61,421 bases of DNA from Candidatus Parcubacteria bacterium (GCA_023443725.1 JAEZTF010000002.1:1-61421), one strand, 5' to 3'; shown: positions 1-9,356, counted from the first letter of the stretch. Numbers and translations are program-made. The notes: generated by a model not told the origin, from the sequence alone.

Positions 1-1
1 T

Positions 2-1384
2 TCTAATCTATTTACTCTTATCTTCATCTCTCTTCTGGCCTTGTCTCTTCCTTTAGCCACTAATCTAGTACAAAGGTCTTCAGATGATCGTAGTCGGGCT
101 ACGGAAACTGATCAATCTAAGATTAACTTTAAGATAGCTTTCAAAGGATTAAAACCAGAGTCATCCTGTTCTGCTTCTCTCAAGACTGTTGATCTAGACA
201 TAGTTAATATCACCAAAAAAGTTTACCAACCAGGAATTGGTACTTCTATTACTCCAGTAGTTGGGGAGACTAATTCAGATGGTGATCAAGTCTTTTTAGT
301 CTCTGATTTTGTTTTAGACAATAACTTCAAATCAACTGATTCATTCAATTACATCCAAGTTAAGAATCAAGCTTATCTCTCAGCTCGAATGTGTTTTAAC
401 AATCAATCATCCAAGATGACGACTTCAACTGCTTGTGATCTACCTCTGACTAATGGAGTGACTTATGACTTTACTAAATACTCATTAATCCCAGGTGATC
501 TTAATCAAGATGGGATTGTTAATGCTTCTGATTTCTCTATGGTTAAGTACAATGTTAATCCTTCGGCTGATTCACAATGTGGTCAACAAACAGATCTTAA
601 TTATGATGGCATTACTAATTCCTTTGATCTTACTTATCTAAAGAAATCCTTACTTCAAACTAATGATGAAGTAGTTATTGATCCAACAACTATTACACCG
701 ACACCAACTATGAGTCCACAACCACGAAGTTTAAAAGCTCAACAATTAGGTTCAATGAAATACTGGCTCTATCTTCCAAATGGTTACACTAAAGACAAAA
801 AATGGCCCTTAGTTGTTTGGTTACATGGTCGGGCTGAAACAGGTACTAATATTAATCAACTTTTAGAAAGTGGTTTGCCGGCTGTTCTTAATAAAGGTTA
901 TGATTACGATGCTGTTATTATCTCTCCACAATGGAATGGTGGTTATGGTGGTTATGGTGGAAAAGATTATCATCCTTTTATTAAAGAAAATTTAATTCCT
1001 AATATAGTTGAAAACTATAATATTGATACTAATAAAATATCTCTAGTTGGTCATAGTATGGGAGCTAATGGAACAGTTTCGATGGGTTGTACTTATCCTA
1101 ATTTTTTTTCTTCCCTAGTCACAATAAGTTTATGTGGATATAGTGATGGTTGTATTAAAACACTTTCAAAAACAAATATGAAACTTTTTCATGGTAGTAG
1201 TGATAAAACATGTAGTATTTATGAAAGTAATGGTTTTATCGCTCAAATGAGAGAAATTAAAGGTAAGGCAAGACTTGTTACGTTGAAAGGTGCTGGTCAT
1301 AATATTACAGATCAAGTTTTTAAAAACTATAAAGCCGTTGAATGGATGATTAAGCAAACCCTTGGTCAACCATGGCAAGATTAA
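2..1384 (+). CDS. secreted dockerin-repeat / alpha-beta-hydrolase (esterase) fusion protein; 5' end probably lies outside the window
   Basis: The frame stays open to the window edge; nt 2-40 encode hydrophobic SNLFTLIFISLLA, which looks like a signal peptide. Two dockerin-type Ca-loop repeats, GDLNQDGIVNASDF and TDLNYDGITNSFDL (about nt 494-657). A Pro/Thr linker TPTPTMSPQP follows. Then an esterase fold: PLVVWLHG, nucleophile elbow GHSMG (1049-1063), HGSSD and GAGHN. Confidence 0.7.
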   Translation, partial: SNLFTLIFISLLALSLPLATNLVQRSSDDRSRATETDQSKINFKIAFKGLKPESSCSASLKTVDLDIVNITKKVYQPGIGTSITPVVGETNSDGDQVFLVSDFVLDNNFKSTDSFNYIQVKNQAYLSARMCFNNQSSKMTTSTACDLPLTNGVTYDFTKYSLIPGDLNQDGIVNASDFSMVKYNVNPSADSQCGQQTDLNYDGITNSFDLTYLKKSLLQTNDEVVIDPTTITPTPTMSPQPRSLKAQQLGSMKYWLYLPNGYTKDKKWPLVVWLHGRAETGTNINQLLESGLPAVLNKGYDYDAVIISPQWNGGYGGYGGKDYHPFIKENLIPNIVENYNIDTNKISLVGHSMGANGTVSMGCTYPNFFSSLVTISLCGYSDGCIKTLSKTNMKLFHGSSDKTCSIYESNGFIAQMREIKGKARLVTLKGAGHNITDQVFKNYKAVEWMIKQTLGQPWQD

Positions 1385-1427
1385 TTTAACCCAAACAAAA
1401 CCCAAAGACTTTGGTAAAATATTACCT

Positions 1428-3428
1428 ATGTCATTTAGTCTTCAATCCGAATACAAACCTTCAGGCGATCAACCTCAGGCAATTGCCCAACTTTCGGACA
1501 ATATTATCTCAGGTGTCAAACATCAAACCCTTTTAGGAGTTACTGGTTCTGGCAAAACTTTTACTATCGCCAATGTTATTCAAAATACTCAACTACCAAC
1601 CTTAGTAATTTCTCACAACAAAACTTTAGCTGGTCAACTTTATCAAGAGTTTAAAGAATTATTTCCCAATAATAAAGTTTCATATTTTGTTTCTTATTAC
1701 GATTATTATCAACCTGAAGCATATATTCCTGCATCTGATACTTATATTGCTAAAGAAGTTGATATTAATGATCGCATCGACCAGCTTCGTCTTGAAGCTT
1801 CATCCAATCTTTTATCTGGTAACGATAACATAATTATTGCTTCAGTTAGTTGTATCTATAATATTGGTGACCCAGTTGAATTTGAAAATATGACTTTTTC
1901 TTTAGAAGTTGGTGAACAATATCCTCGTCGTCAACTTTTAGAAAATTTTATTTCTCTTTATTACATTCGTTCAGAATTAGAATTCAAACGTTCAACTTTT
2001 CGTATTCGTGGTGGCAATATTGAACTTTGGCCATCTTATACAGATTCTTATTTAGTTTTGGAATTTCAAAACGATGTTTTAACCAAAATTATTCAACGTC
2101 ACCCAATGACGAGTAAAGAAGTTGTTTTAGAAAAATTTAAACTTTTTCCTGCCAAACAATATGTCAGTGGCAAGAAGGATCTCGCTGAAATCTTTAAACA
2201 AATTCGTTCTGATTGTGATAAACAAGTCCAAATTTTTAAATCGCAAAACAAAATTCTTGAAGCTCATCGCATTCAACAAAGAGTCGAATACGATTTAGAA
2301 ATGCTCCAAGAGACCGGGTATATTAATGGTATTGAAAATTATTCAATTTATTTTGATCGAAATAGAAAACACGGCGATCCACCTTATACTTTAGTTGATT
2401 ATTTTAGACATCTTTGGGGTGATAATTTTTTGACAGTTATAGATGAATCTCATGTAACTGTACCTCAAATTGGTGGTATGTATGCTGGCGATTTTGCTCG
2501 CAAAACAAATTTAATTGATTTTGGTTTTCGTCTTCCTTCAGCTCTCGATAATCGTCCTCTAAAATTTGAAGAATTTGAACAACGTATGGCCAAAGTTGTT
2601 TATGTTTCGGCTACACCATCAAAATATGAACTCGAAAAATCCAAAAATAATATTGCTCAACAAATTATTCGTCCTACTGGCTTAGTTGATCCAGAGATAA
2701 ATATTAGAGCTACAAAAAATCAAATTCCTGACTTAATTAAAGAAATTAAAGCTCGAGTTGATAAAAAAGAACGTACCTTAGTTGTTACTCTTACCAAACG
2801 TATGGCCGAAGACTTGGCTAATTATTTATCTGATCCAGCCAAAACAGAATGTAATTTAAAAGTGGCTTATCTTCATTCAGATATTGATACATTGCAACGT
2901 TCCAAAATTTTAGATGATTTACGTTCTGGTAACTATGATGTTTTAGTTGGTATTAATCTCTTACGAGAAGGTCTTGATTTGCCAGAAGTTAGTTTAGTGG
3001 CTATTCTTGATGCTGATCAACAAGGCTTTTTAAGATCTCAATCTTCACTAATTCAAATTATGGGTCGAGCTTCTCGTCACATTTCTGGACAAGTTATTTT
3101 ATATGCCGATTCAATTTCTGATGCTATGAATGGGGCTATCAAAGAAGTCAATCGTCGACGCAAAATTCAAATTAAATACAATCAAGATCATCATATTACG
3201 CCCAAATCAGTGGTAAAATCTATCCGTCCTCAAATAGTTGATGATATCAAAAAGGAAGTCAAAACTAATTGGTCAAAAATTGATACTTCATCATTAACCC
3301 CATCTCAACGTCAAAAACAAATTAAACAATTAAAAAAACAAATGAGAGAATATGCCTTCAACTTAGATTTTGAGGCCGCTATTCAAATTCGTGATCAAAT
3401 CAAAGAAATAGAAAATTATGATCGATAA
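1428..3428 (+). CDS. uvrB: excinuclease ABC subunit B
   Basis: Walker A GVTGSGKTF, DESH box, helicase C motifs and a C-terminal UVR motif (FEAAIQIRDQIKEIE). The ATG at 1428 (MSFSLQSEYKPSGDQPQAI) is preferred over the track start at 1362, which overlaps the upstream gene. Confidence 0.95.
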   Translation: MSFSLQSEYKPSGDQPQAIAQLSDNIISGVKHQTLLGVTGSGKTFTIANVIQNTQLPTLVISHNKTLAGQLYQEFKELFPNNKVSYFVSYYDYYQPEAYIPASDTYIAKEVDINDRIDQLRLEASSNLLSGNDNIIIASVSCIYNIGDPVEFENMTFSLEVGEQYPRRQLLENFISLYYIRSELEFKRSTFRIRGGNIELWPSYTDSYLVLEFQNDVLTKIIQRHPMTSKEVVLEKFKLFPAKQYVSGKKDLAEIFKQIRSDCDKQVQIFKSQNKILEAHRIQQRVEYDLEMLQETGYINGIENYSIYFDRNRKHGDPPYTLVDYFRHLWGDNFLTVIDESHVTVPQIGGMYAGDFARKTNLIDFGFRLPSALDNRPLKFEEFEQRMAKVVYVSATPSKYELEKSKNNIAQQIIRPTGLVDPEINIRATKNQIPDLIKEIKARVDKKERTLVVTLTKRMAEDLANYLSDPAKTECNLKVAYLHSDIDTLQRSKILDDLRSGNYDVLVGINLLREGLDLPEVSLVAILDADQQGFLRSQSSLIQIMGRASRHISGQVILYADSISDAMNGAIKEVNRRRKIQIKYNQDHHITPKSVVKSIRPQIVDDIKKEVKTNWSKIDTSSLTPSQRQKQIKQLKKQMREYAFNLDFEAAIQIRDQIKEIENYDR

Positions 3429-6087
3429 AATAATCGTTAAAGGTGCTCGAGAAAACAATTTAAAAAATGTTTCCTTTGAGTTTCCTAAAAATAAAATAGT
3501 TGTTTTTACCGGTGTTTCTGGATCCGGTAAATCTTCTATGGCATTTGATACTCTTTTTGCTGAGAGTCAACGTCGCTATGTCGAAAGTCTTTCTTCTTAT
3601 GCTCGTCAATTTTTAGGTAATATGAAACGCCCAGAAGTTGATTTAATTACTGGTCTTTCACCATCAATTGCCATTAATCAAAAAGCCATTTCTCACAATC
3701 CTCGTTCCACAGTTGGTACTGTTACCGAGATTTATGATTATCTTCGTTTACTTTTTGCTCGTATTGGTCACCCTCACTGTCCAGAATGTGGTCGAGAAGT
3801 TTCTCCTCAGACAAGCAAGCAAATTGTTACCCAAATTTTAGATAATGCTGCCTCGCAAATTTCAGGTTTAAATCTTTATCGATTTTTAGTGTTATCTCCC
3901 ATAGTTCGTGATAAAAAAGGTGACTTTAAAGGTTTGACCGAAAATTTAAAAAAACAAGGTTACAAATGGATTCGAGTTGATAATCAAATTGTCGATTTAT
4001 ATTCTGATTTTGGTATTGCCAAGACAAATAAACATAATATTGATGCTGTCATCGATCGGGTTTCTATAAATAAAGATAATTTTAAAGATACTAAACCAAT
4101 TTATGATCGTCTTATTGATGATATTGAACAAGCAATGAAATTAGCCAATGGTTTGGCGATTACGGCCCAAATCAACGACCCAGGATTTGATTTTCCAGCA
4201 AATCCTAAAGATTTTACAGACACTTTATTTTCTGAAAATTTCGCTTGTCCTCATTGCAATATTTCACTTCCAGAAATTGAACCTCGTTTATTTTCTTTCA
4301 ATTCTCCTCAAGGAGCGTGTTCCGAATGTAAAGGTCTCGGTTCAAAATTTCAAGTCGATCGATCAAAATTTCCTGAATGGCGTGCCAAAATGATGGAAAG
4401 TCGTTATGCTTCAGTTGCTTCCGATGCAATTAGAGAAGAATTAGAAAAATTCATGATTAAAAGTGAATGTACCACTTGTCACGGTGCTCGTCTCAATCAA
4501 GATGCTCTTTCTATTCACATTTTAGGTCAAAATATTTTCCAAGTAACTCAATTACCAATCGAAAAACTTGATAAATGGTTAAATGACCTCGATTCTCAAT
4601 TAACCAGTGATAAAGAAAAAGAAATTGTTATTCCAATCAAAAAAGAATTAGCTGCCCGAATCGAATTTTTATTAGCTGTTGGACTTGATTATTTAAGTCT
4701 TGATCGTGAAGCTGGTACTTTATCCAGTGGAGAATCTCAGCGAATTCGTTTAGCCAGTCAAATTGGTACTGGTTTAACTGGTGTTCTTTATGTTTTAGAC
4801 GAACCAACTATTGGTCTTCATTCTCGTGACAATGATCGTTTGATTGGTACTTTACAAAAACTCAAAGATTTAGGTAATTCTCTGGTTATCGTTGAACACG
4901 ATGAAGATGTTATTAAATCTGCCGATTATATCGTTGATTTTGGTTTATATGCTGGTAAACACGGTGGTGAAGTTATTGCCCAAGGAAGTCTTGAAGATAT
5001 TAAAAAAAATAGTAAATCTTTAACCGGTAAATATTTATCTGGTAAATTACAAATTAAAAACAATCTTGATTCAAATATAACCAATCCTGATTATAAAATT
5101 TCTATCAAAGGTGCTAATCAGTGGAATCTAAAACATGTCGATGTTGATTTTCCTCTTAATAAATTAATTTGTGTCACTGGTGTTTCTGGTTCTGGTAAAT
5201 CCACTTTAGTTCATGACACTCTTTATGGTGGTGTCCGTAAGGCTACTCTTGGAAGTTATTATGGATTTATTGGTAAATACGACAAAATTACAGGTGTCGA
5301 AAATGTTACAGATGTATTATTGGTCGATCAATCTCCAATTGGTCGCACTCCTCGTAGTAATCCAGCCACTTATACAAAAATTTTTGATGATATTAGAAAA
5401 CTTATGGCTCAAACCATTGAAGCTCAAATTCGCGGTTTCAATGTTGATCGTTTTTCATTCAATGCCAAACCAGGTCGTTGTCCTGTCTGTGAAGGTCAGG
5501 GACAAATCAAAATCGAAATGCAATTTTTACCCGATATATATGTCACTTGTGATGAATGTCACGGCACTAGATATAAAGAAGAAACATTAGAAGTTGAGTA
5601 TAAAGGTAAAAATATTGCTCAAATTCTCAAAATGACTATTGATGAAGCGGCTGAATTTTTCAAAAATATTCCCAGACTAAAAAGAATGTTAACTACTATT
5701 CAAGATGTTGGCCTAGGTTATCTAGAGTTAGGTCAACCGTCCAACACTTTATCGGGAGGGGAATCACAACGTCTTAAAATTAGTCGTGAATTAGTTAAAT
5801 TAGGTCGTGGCAAAATGCTCTATATTCTTGATGAGCCCACTACTGGTTTACATTTTTATGACGTTGATAAATTAATTACCGTTTTAAGAAAATTAGTTGA
5901 CAAGGGTAATACGGTCGTTGTTATTGAACATAATCTTGATGTTATCAAAAACGCTGATTGGATTATTGATATGGGTCCAGAAGGTGGCCAAAAGGGTGGG
6001 GAATTAGTCGTTGCTGGTACCGTCAAAGATGTTATGAATTGTACTCGTTCTTACACTGGTCAGTATCTTAAAAAAAATATTAGATAA
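3418..6087 (+). CDS. uvrA: excinuclease ABC subunit A (insertion domain apparently missing)
   Basis: Two ABC modules (GVSGSGKSS and GVSGSGKST Walker A; LSGGE signatures) and CxxC zinc modules. It overlaps uvrB by 11 nt. Confidence 0.95.
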   Translation: MIDKIIVKGARENNLKNVSFEFPKNKIVVFTGVSGSGKSSMAFDTLFAESQRRYVESLSSYARQFLGNMKRPEVDLITGLSPSIAINQKAISHNPRSTVGTVTEIYDYLRLLFARIGHPHCPECGREVSPQTSKQIVTQILDNAASQISGLNLYRFLVLSPIVRDKKGDFKGLTENLKKQGYKWIRVDNQIVDLYSDFGIAKTNKHNIDAVIDRVSINKDNFKDTKPIYDRLIDDIEQAMKLANGLAITAQINDPGFDFPANPKDFTDTLFSENFACPHCNISLPEIEPRLFSFNSPQGACSECKGLGSKFQVDRSKFPEWRAKMMESRYASVASDAIREELEKFMIKSECTTCHGARLNQDALSIHILGQNIFQVTQLPIEKLDKWLNDLDSQLTSDKEKEIVIPIKKELAARIEFLLAVGLDYLSLDREAGTLSSGESQRIRLASQIGTGLTGVLYVLDEPTIGLHSRDNDRLIGTLQKLKDLGNSLVIVEHDEDVIKSADYIVDFGLYAGKHGGEVIAQGSLEDIKKNSKSLTGKYLSGKLQIKNNLDSNITNPDYKISIKGANQWNLKHVDVDFPLNKLICVTGVSGSGKSTLVHDTLYGGVRKATLGSYYGFIGKYDKITGVENVTDVLLVDQSPIGRTPRSNPATYTKIFDDIRKLMAQTIEAQIRGFNVDRFSFNAKPGRCPVCEGQGQIKIEMQFLPDIYVTCDECHGTRYKEETLEVEYKGKNIAQILKMTIDEAAEFFKNIPRLKRMLTTIQDVGLGYLELGQPSNTLSGGESQRLKISRELVKLGRGKMLYILDEPTTGLHFYDVDKLITVLRKLVDKGNTVVVIEHNLDVIKNADWIIDMGPEGGQKGGELVVAGTVKDVMNCTRSYTGQYLKKNIR

Positions 6088-6093
6088 AGAAAT

Positions 6094-6136
6094 ACCCGTC
6101 AATGAATTAATGCGTTAAAAACGCTCATCGACGGGT
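6094..6136. terminator. hairpin between convergent uvrA and the small minus-strand gene (candidate bidirectional terminator)
   Basis: ACCCGTC (6094-6100) pairs with GACGGGT (6130-6136). There is further inner pairing (GCGTT/AACGC) and flanking A/T runs. The hairpin is GC-rich relative to its surroundings. Confidence 0.55.
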
Positions 6137-6164
6137 TAAAAATCATTTCTCTTTGTTTGGGTAT

Positions 6165-6467
6165 TTATTCGCCTTCATACAAGTCTTGATGTTCTTTCAA
6201 CACCCAAAATTTTGCAAATTTTCCATGTGGACCTCGGTGTATTTTGTATAGTATTTCTTTACCTGCCAATATGCCTCTAGGATAAGGTTCAGCCGGTTTA
6301 ATCCAGATATACGTTCCGTCAAGAAGATTGGTGGCAGGCATTCTTGCACCTTTAAGGTTAAAAAACAATTCTGTTCCGTCTGATTGAATTAGTCTTCCTT
6401 CTCCTTTCTGCCAGTCAAAATATCTAACTCTACCAATCATAATTTCTTCATTCAAAACACTCACCAC
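6165..6467 (-). CDS. small hypothetical protein with a cold-shock-domain-like N-terminus
   Basis: MIGRVRYFDWQKGEGRLIQSDGTELFF resembles the CspA-type M..G.VKWFN..KGFGFI..DG.D+FVH. The start is uncertain: GTG at 6467 per the track, or in-frame ATG at 6440, which gives the Csp-like N-terminus. The C-terminal half is unrecognised. Confidence 0.5.
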   Translation of the reverse strand: MVSVLNEEIMIGRVRYFDWQKGEGRLIQSDGTELFFNLKGARMPATNLLDGTYIWIKPAEPYPRGILAGKEILYKIHRGPHGKFAKFWVLKEHQDLYEGE

Positions 6468-6519
6468 TTTCTTATTTTTTTGAGTTTAAAGAGAAATAGG
6501 TTTTTTAAGTACAACGAAG

Positions 6520-6528
6520 ATTATATCA
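6520..6528 (-). promoter_or_regulatory. extended -10 element (TGaTATAAT) upstream of the small Csp-like gene
   Basis: The reverse complement of 6520-6528 is TGATATAAT, lying in the 80-nt gap between two minus-strand genes. It implies a 5' UTR of about 45-70 nt. Confidence 0.35.
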
Positions 6529-6547
6529 AAACATATCAAGTATTTTT

Positions 6548-8065
6548 TTATTTACACAACTCTCTAATTTCTACTGTTGTTCTCCATTCAGTTTGCCATT
6601 TATCCACCGTACAATATTTAGCAAATTGTCCCAACCACCCAATAGTACTACCGTTATCTTCGTAAACTAAAGCAATTTTATTATCATTTTCTTTTGTTTT
6701 TCTATAAAATTCTTTCTGAGCTCTAGTGTATTCTGGCACTTCAATTAAACTGTAAGAGACTTTATTCGGCATATAACCATATTTCTTAAATCCATACCAC
6801 CAATATAAATATTGGTTTGAATAATCATAAATTTCTGGCACATAAGTATAAGCTTGAAAACCTATTCCGTTCATTTTTTGATATACCCAATCAACATTTT
6901 TAATTAAATTAGCCATTTTCTTTGGATCATCCTTTCCAAAATTTCCTCCAGTAAATTGCCATTGATCAATTGTGGTTAAATAAATATTTCTAATTAAAAA
7001 TAAACCCACCACTAAAGTTATTAGATTTTTAAATTTATTTATATTTACCAATCCAATTCCCAATACAAAACAATACCAAACTCTCAAACTATCTAGATAC
7101 CAACTCTTTAGTTCGTGATGATAAACCACTGTGTAAAAAATATAAGCAAAGCCTAAAAATGATAAAAAATAAACACCCATTTTTCGGTATTTTTTATTTA
7201 TCAAAATTAATCCTATTATTAAGATTAAAATTCCCAAACCCCAGCCGTAGTTGACAATAAATTGTCCTTCAAAAAAACTAATTATTTTATTAAAATGCGA
7301 AACTACTGTTTCTCCAAAAGTCATCTTGTCACCCAATACTTGATTACTTCCATTAAAAAATCCCAATAACAACTTCGTCATTTGAAATTTATTTTTTATT
7401 TCCAAAGCTATTTGTGGAAGAAACCAGGGGACTACTCCTATCAAGAAAGCTTTCCAATGTTTTATTTTTTTATTTAACAAAATTATTAATCCTGAAAATC
7501 CCAAACAAACTATTCCAAAAGCAGCTTCAAATTGAGTCATTACTGCTGCTGTTAACCCTAAATATAAAATCGATTTATTATCTTTTTTCTCAAAAAAATT
7601 CCATAAAGCTACAAAAAAATAAACACTTAGGTAAGTTGCCATATTGGCATTCCAAAAATATCTAGTTAAATTAAACATTTGTGGTGCCATCAAAAAAATA
7701 CTTCCAATTAGAAAACCTAAAGTTATGTTTCTTTTTCTAAAATACCAAAATATAAAACTTCCCGAGAATAAAAATAATAATATATTCCAACTAACCAAAG
7801 TTTGTGGATTACCTTGACCCCACCAGTAAGCTGGTAAATTTGCGTAATAATAAAAAGGTCCTAATCGGAGTCCATTAATTGATGTTGTTGGACCCAAAAC
7901 TGCCAAGTCTTTAAATTCTCCCAATGCCCTAATATCCAGCATATCTCTGGCTTGGTCATAAGTAAAAGGAAAATTAAAATCTTTTGTTTGACTAAATCTA
8001 ATATATCCCGAAATAAATAAAATTATTCCAAATAAAACAGTTAATATTTTTTCCTTTCCTTTCAT
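6548..8065 (-). CDS. multi-pass GT-C-like membrane glycosyltransferase (subfamily B, paralog of 33082-34560)
   Basis: About 12 hydrophobic segments. The first loop, FTYDQARDMLDIRALGEFKDLAVLGPTTSINGLRLGPFYYY, aligns with FMGDQGRDVIILKDFWQNGNLFFIGPQTSIGNMYLGPWFYY of the 33082 protein. Confidence 0.6.
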   Translation of the reverse strand: MKGKEKILTVLFGIILFISGYIRFSQTKDFNFPFTYDQARDMLDIRALGEFKDLAVLGPTTSINGLRLGPFYYYANLPAYWWGQGNPQTLVSWNILLFLFSGSFIFWYFRKRNITLGFLIGSIFLMAPQMFNLTRYFWNANMATYLSVYFFVALWNFFEKKDNKSILYLGLTAAVMTQFEAAFGIVCLGFSGLIILLNKKIKHWKAFLIGVVPWFLPQIALEIKNKFQMTKLLLGFFNGSNQVLGDKMTFGETVVSHFNKIISFFEGQFIVNYGWGLGILILIIGLILINKKYRKMGVYFLSFLGFAYIFYTVVYHHELKSWYLDSLRVWYCFVLGIGLVNINKFKNLITLVVGLFLIRNIYLTTIDQWQFTGGNFGKDDPKKMANLIKNVDWVYQKMNGIGFQAYTYVPEIYDYSNQYLYWWYGFKKYGYMPNKVSYSLIEVPEYTRAQKEFYRKTKENDNKIALVYEDNGSTIGWLGQFAKYCTVDKWQTEWRTTVEIRELCK

Positions 8066-8071
8066 TATTTC

Positions 8072-8081
8072 ATTATATAAT
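8072..8081. promoter_or_regulatory. overlapping divergent -10 boxes in a 22-bp intergenic region
   Basis: The palindromic ATTATATAAT contains TATAAT on the plus strand (8076-8081), 6 nt before the uvrC GTG at 8088. It also contains TATAAT on the minus strand (8077-8072), 6 nt before the ATG at 8065. Confidence 0.45.
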
Positions 8082-8087
8082 ACCTAT

Positions 8088-9356
8088 GTGATTGATTTAA
8101 GCCATATTCCAAATTCACCCGGTGTTTATATCTACAAAAATACTGTCGGTAAAATTATTTATATTGGCAAAGCCGTAAATCTTAAAAAACGGGTTTCTCA
8201 GTATTTTCAGTCTGATAATGCTTTGGGCTATAAAACCAATCAATTAGTTTCAGAAATTGCTGATATTAGTTTTTATACTGTTAGCTCTGAGATTGAAGCT
8301 TTAGTTTTAGAATCTAGTCTTATTAAACAATATCGTCCCAAATTCAATTCTCAACTTAAAGACGACAAAAGTTATATCTACATTACTATAACTAAAGATA
8401 AGTTTCCTCTCATAAAACCAGCTTTTAAATCTACTTTAAATCAAAACAATATATTTTATGGTCCTTTTCCAGATAGCCGTTCTGTTAAAAGCCTTCTCAA
8501 AACCATTCGTCATATTTTCCCTTATTATTCAAAAAAACATGATTCTAAACCATGCTTATATTGTCATCTTGGTCTTTGTCCAGGCGTTAATCCAGACCAA
8601 AAAGAATATCGAGCTAATATCTCAAAAATTAAAAAAATACTCAACGGCCATTTTCATAAATTAATTTCTCAATTAACCAAGGAAATGAATAATTTTTCCA
8701 AACAACAAAATTATGAATTAGCCGTCCTTCGTCGCGATCAAATTAATTCTTTAAATTATGTTATTTCAGGATGGCAAAGTTTAAGTCATCTTTATCAAGA
8801 AATTGATTTTAAAGAAGATAAATATCAAAAAGCCTGTGATCAATTAGTTTTAACTTTATCGCCATATTTTCCAAAGCTCAAACAAATCAATCGTCTTGAA
8901 GGTTATGATATTTCTAATTTAGGCTCTAAGGTTTTTGTTGGTGCTATGACGGTTTATCAAAATGGCAAAATTGATACTTCTCAATATCGTCAATTCAAAA
9001 TTAACACCAAAATTACTCCTGATGATCAGTTTATGATTAAAGAAATCATTTACCGCCGCCTCAAACATTCTGAATGGTCTTACCCAAACATTCTAATGGT
9101 CGATGGGGGAAAGCCTCAAGTTTCAGCCGCTCATCAAGCTTTAGAACTTTCTACTAATCCTCAAACCAATCAAATATGTATTATTGGACTTGCTAAAAAA
9201 TTTGAAACTATTGTCATAAAAACTGTTGATGATTGGGTGGAAATTAACTTACCAAAAAATTCTCCCGCTCTTCAATTACTTCAACAAATTCGTGACGAAG
9301 CTCATCGTTTTTCCAATCGTTATCGTAAAAAACTTATCAATTTTAAATTATCTTGA
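8088..9356 (+). CDS. uvrC: excinuclease ABC subunit C, short form lacking the C-terminal (HhH)2 domain
   Basis: GIY-YIG domain (PGVYIYKN..IIYIGKAVNLKKRV), a UVR-like helix pair (NYELAVLRRDQI) and an RNase-H-like endonuclease domain (EGYDISN, DDQFMIKE, MVDGGKPQ, IRDEAHRF). The protein stops about 20 aa after RDEAHRF. GTG start. Confidence 0.85.
   Translation: MIDLSHIPNSPGVYIYKNTVGKIIYIGKAVNLKKRVSQYFQSDNALGYKTNQLVSEIADISFYTVSSEIEALVLESSLIKQYRPKFNSQLKDDKSYIYITITKDKFPLIKPAFKSTLNQNNIFYGPFPDSRSVKSLLKTIRHIFPYYSKKHDSKPCLYCHLGLCPGVNPDQKEYRANISKIKKILNGHFHKLISQLTKEMNNFSKQQNYELAVLRRDQINSLNYVISGWQSLSHLYQEIDFKEDKYQKACDQLVLTLSPYFPKLKQINRLEGYDISNLGSKVFVGAMTVYQNGKIDTSQYRQFKINTKITPDDQFMIKEIIYRRLKHSEWSYPNILMVDGGKPQVSAAHQALELSTNPQTNQICIIGLAKKFETIVIKTVDDWVEINLPKNSPALQLLQQIRDEAHRFSNRYRKKLINFKLS

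Noticed and set aside
931-962. Short tandem DNA repeat GGTGGTTATGGTGGTTATGGTGG
   Set aside because: It simply encodes GGYGGYGG inside the esterase domain. It is too short and too coding-constrained to call a repeat element.
1362-1427. N-terminal extensions in the ORF track (uvrB 1362, serS 16605, prfB 26201, Trx-like 25406, GT2 32316, 40013, 46833, ftsE 28864 and others)
   Set aside because: The extensions overlap upstream genes or cross non-coding-looking sequence. Internal ATGs give N-termini that match the protein families.
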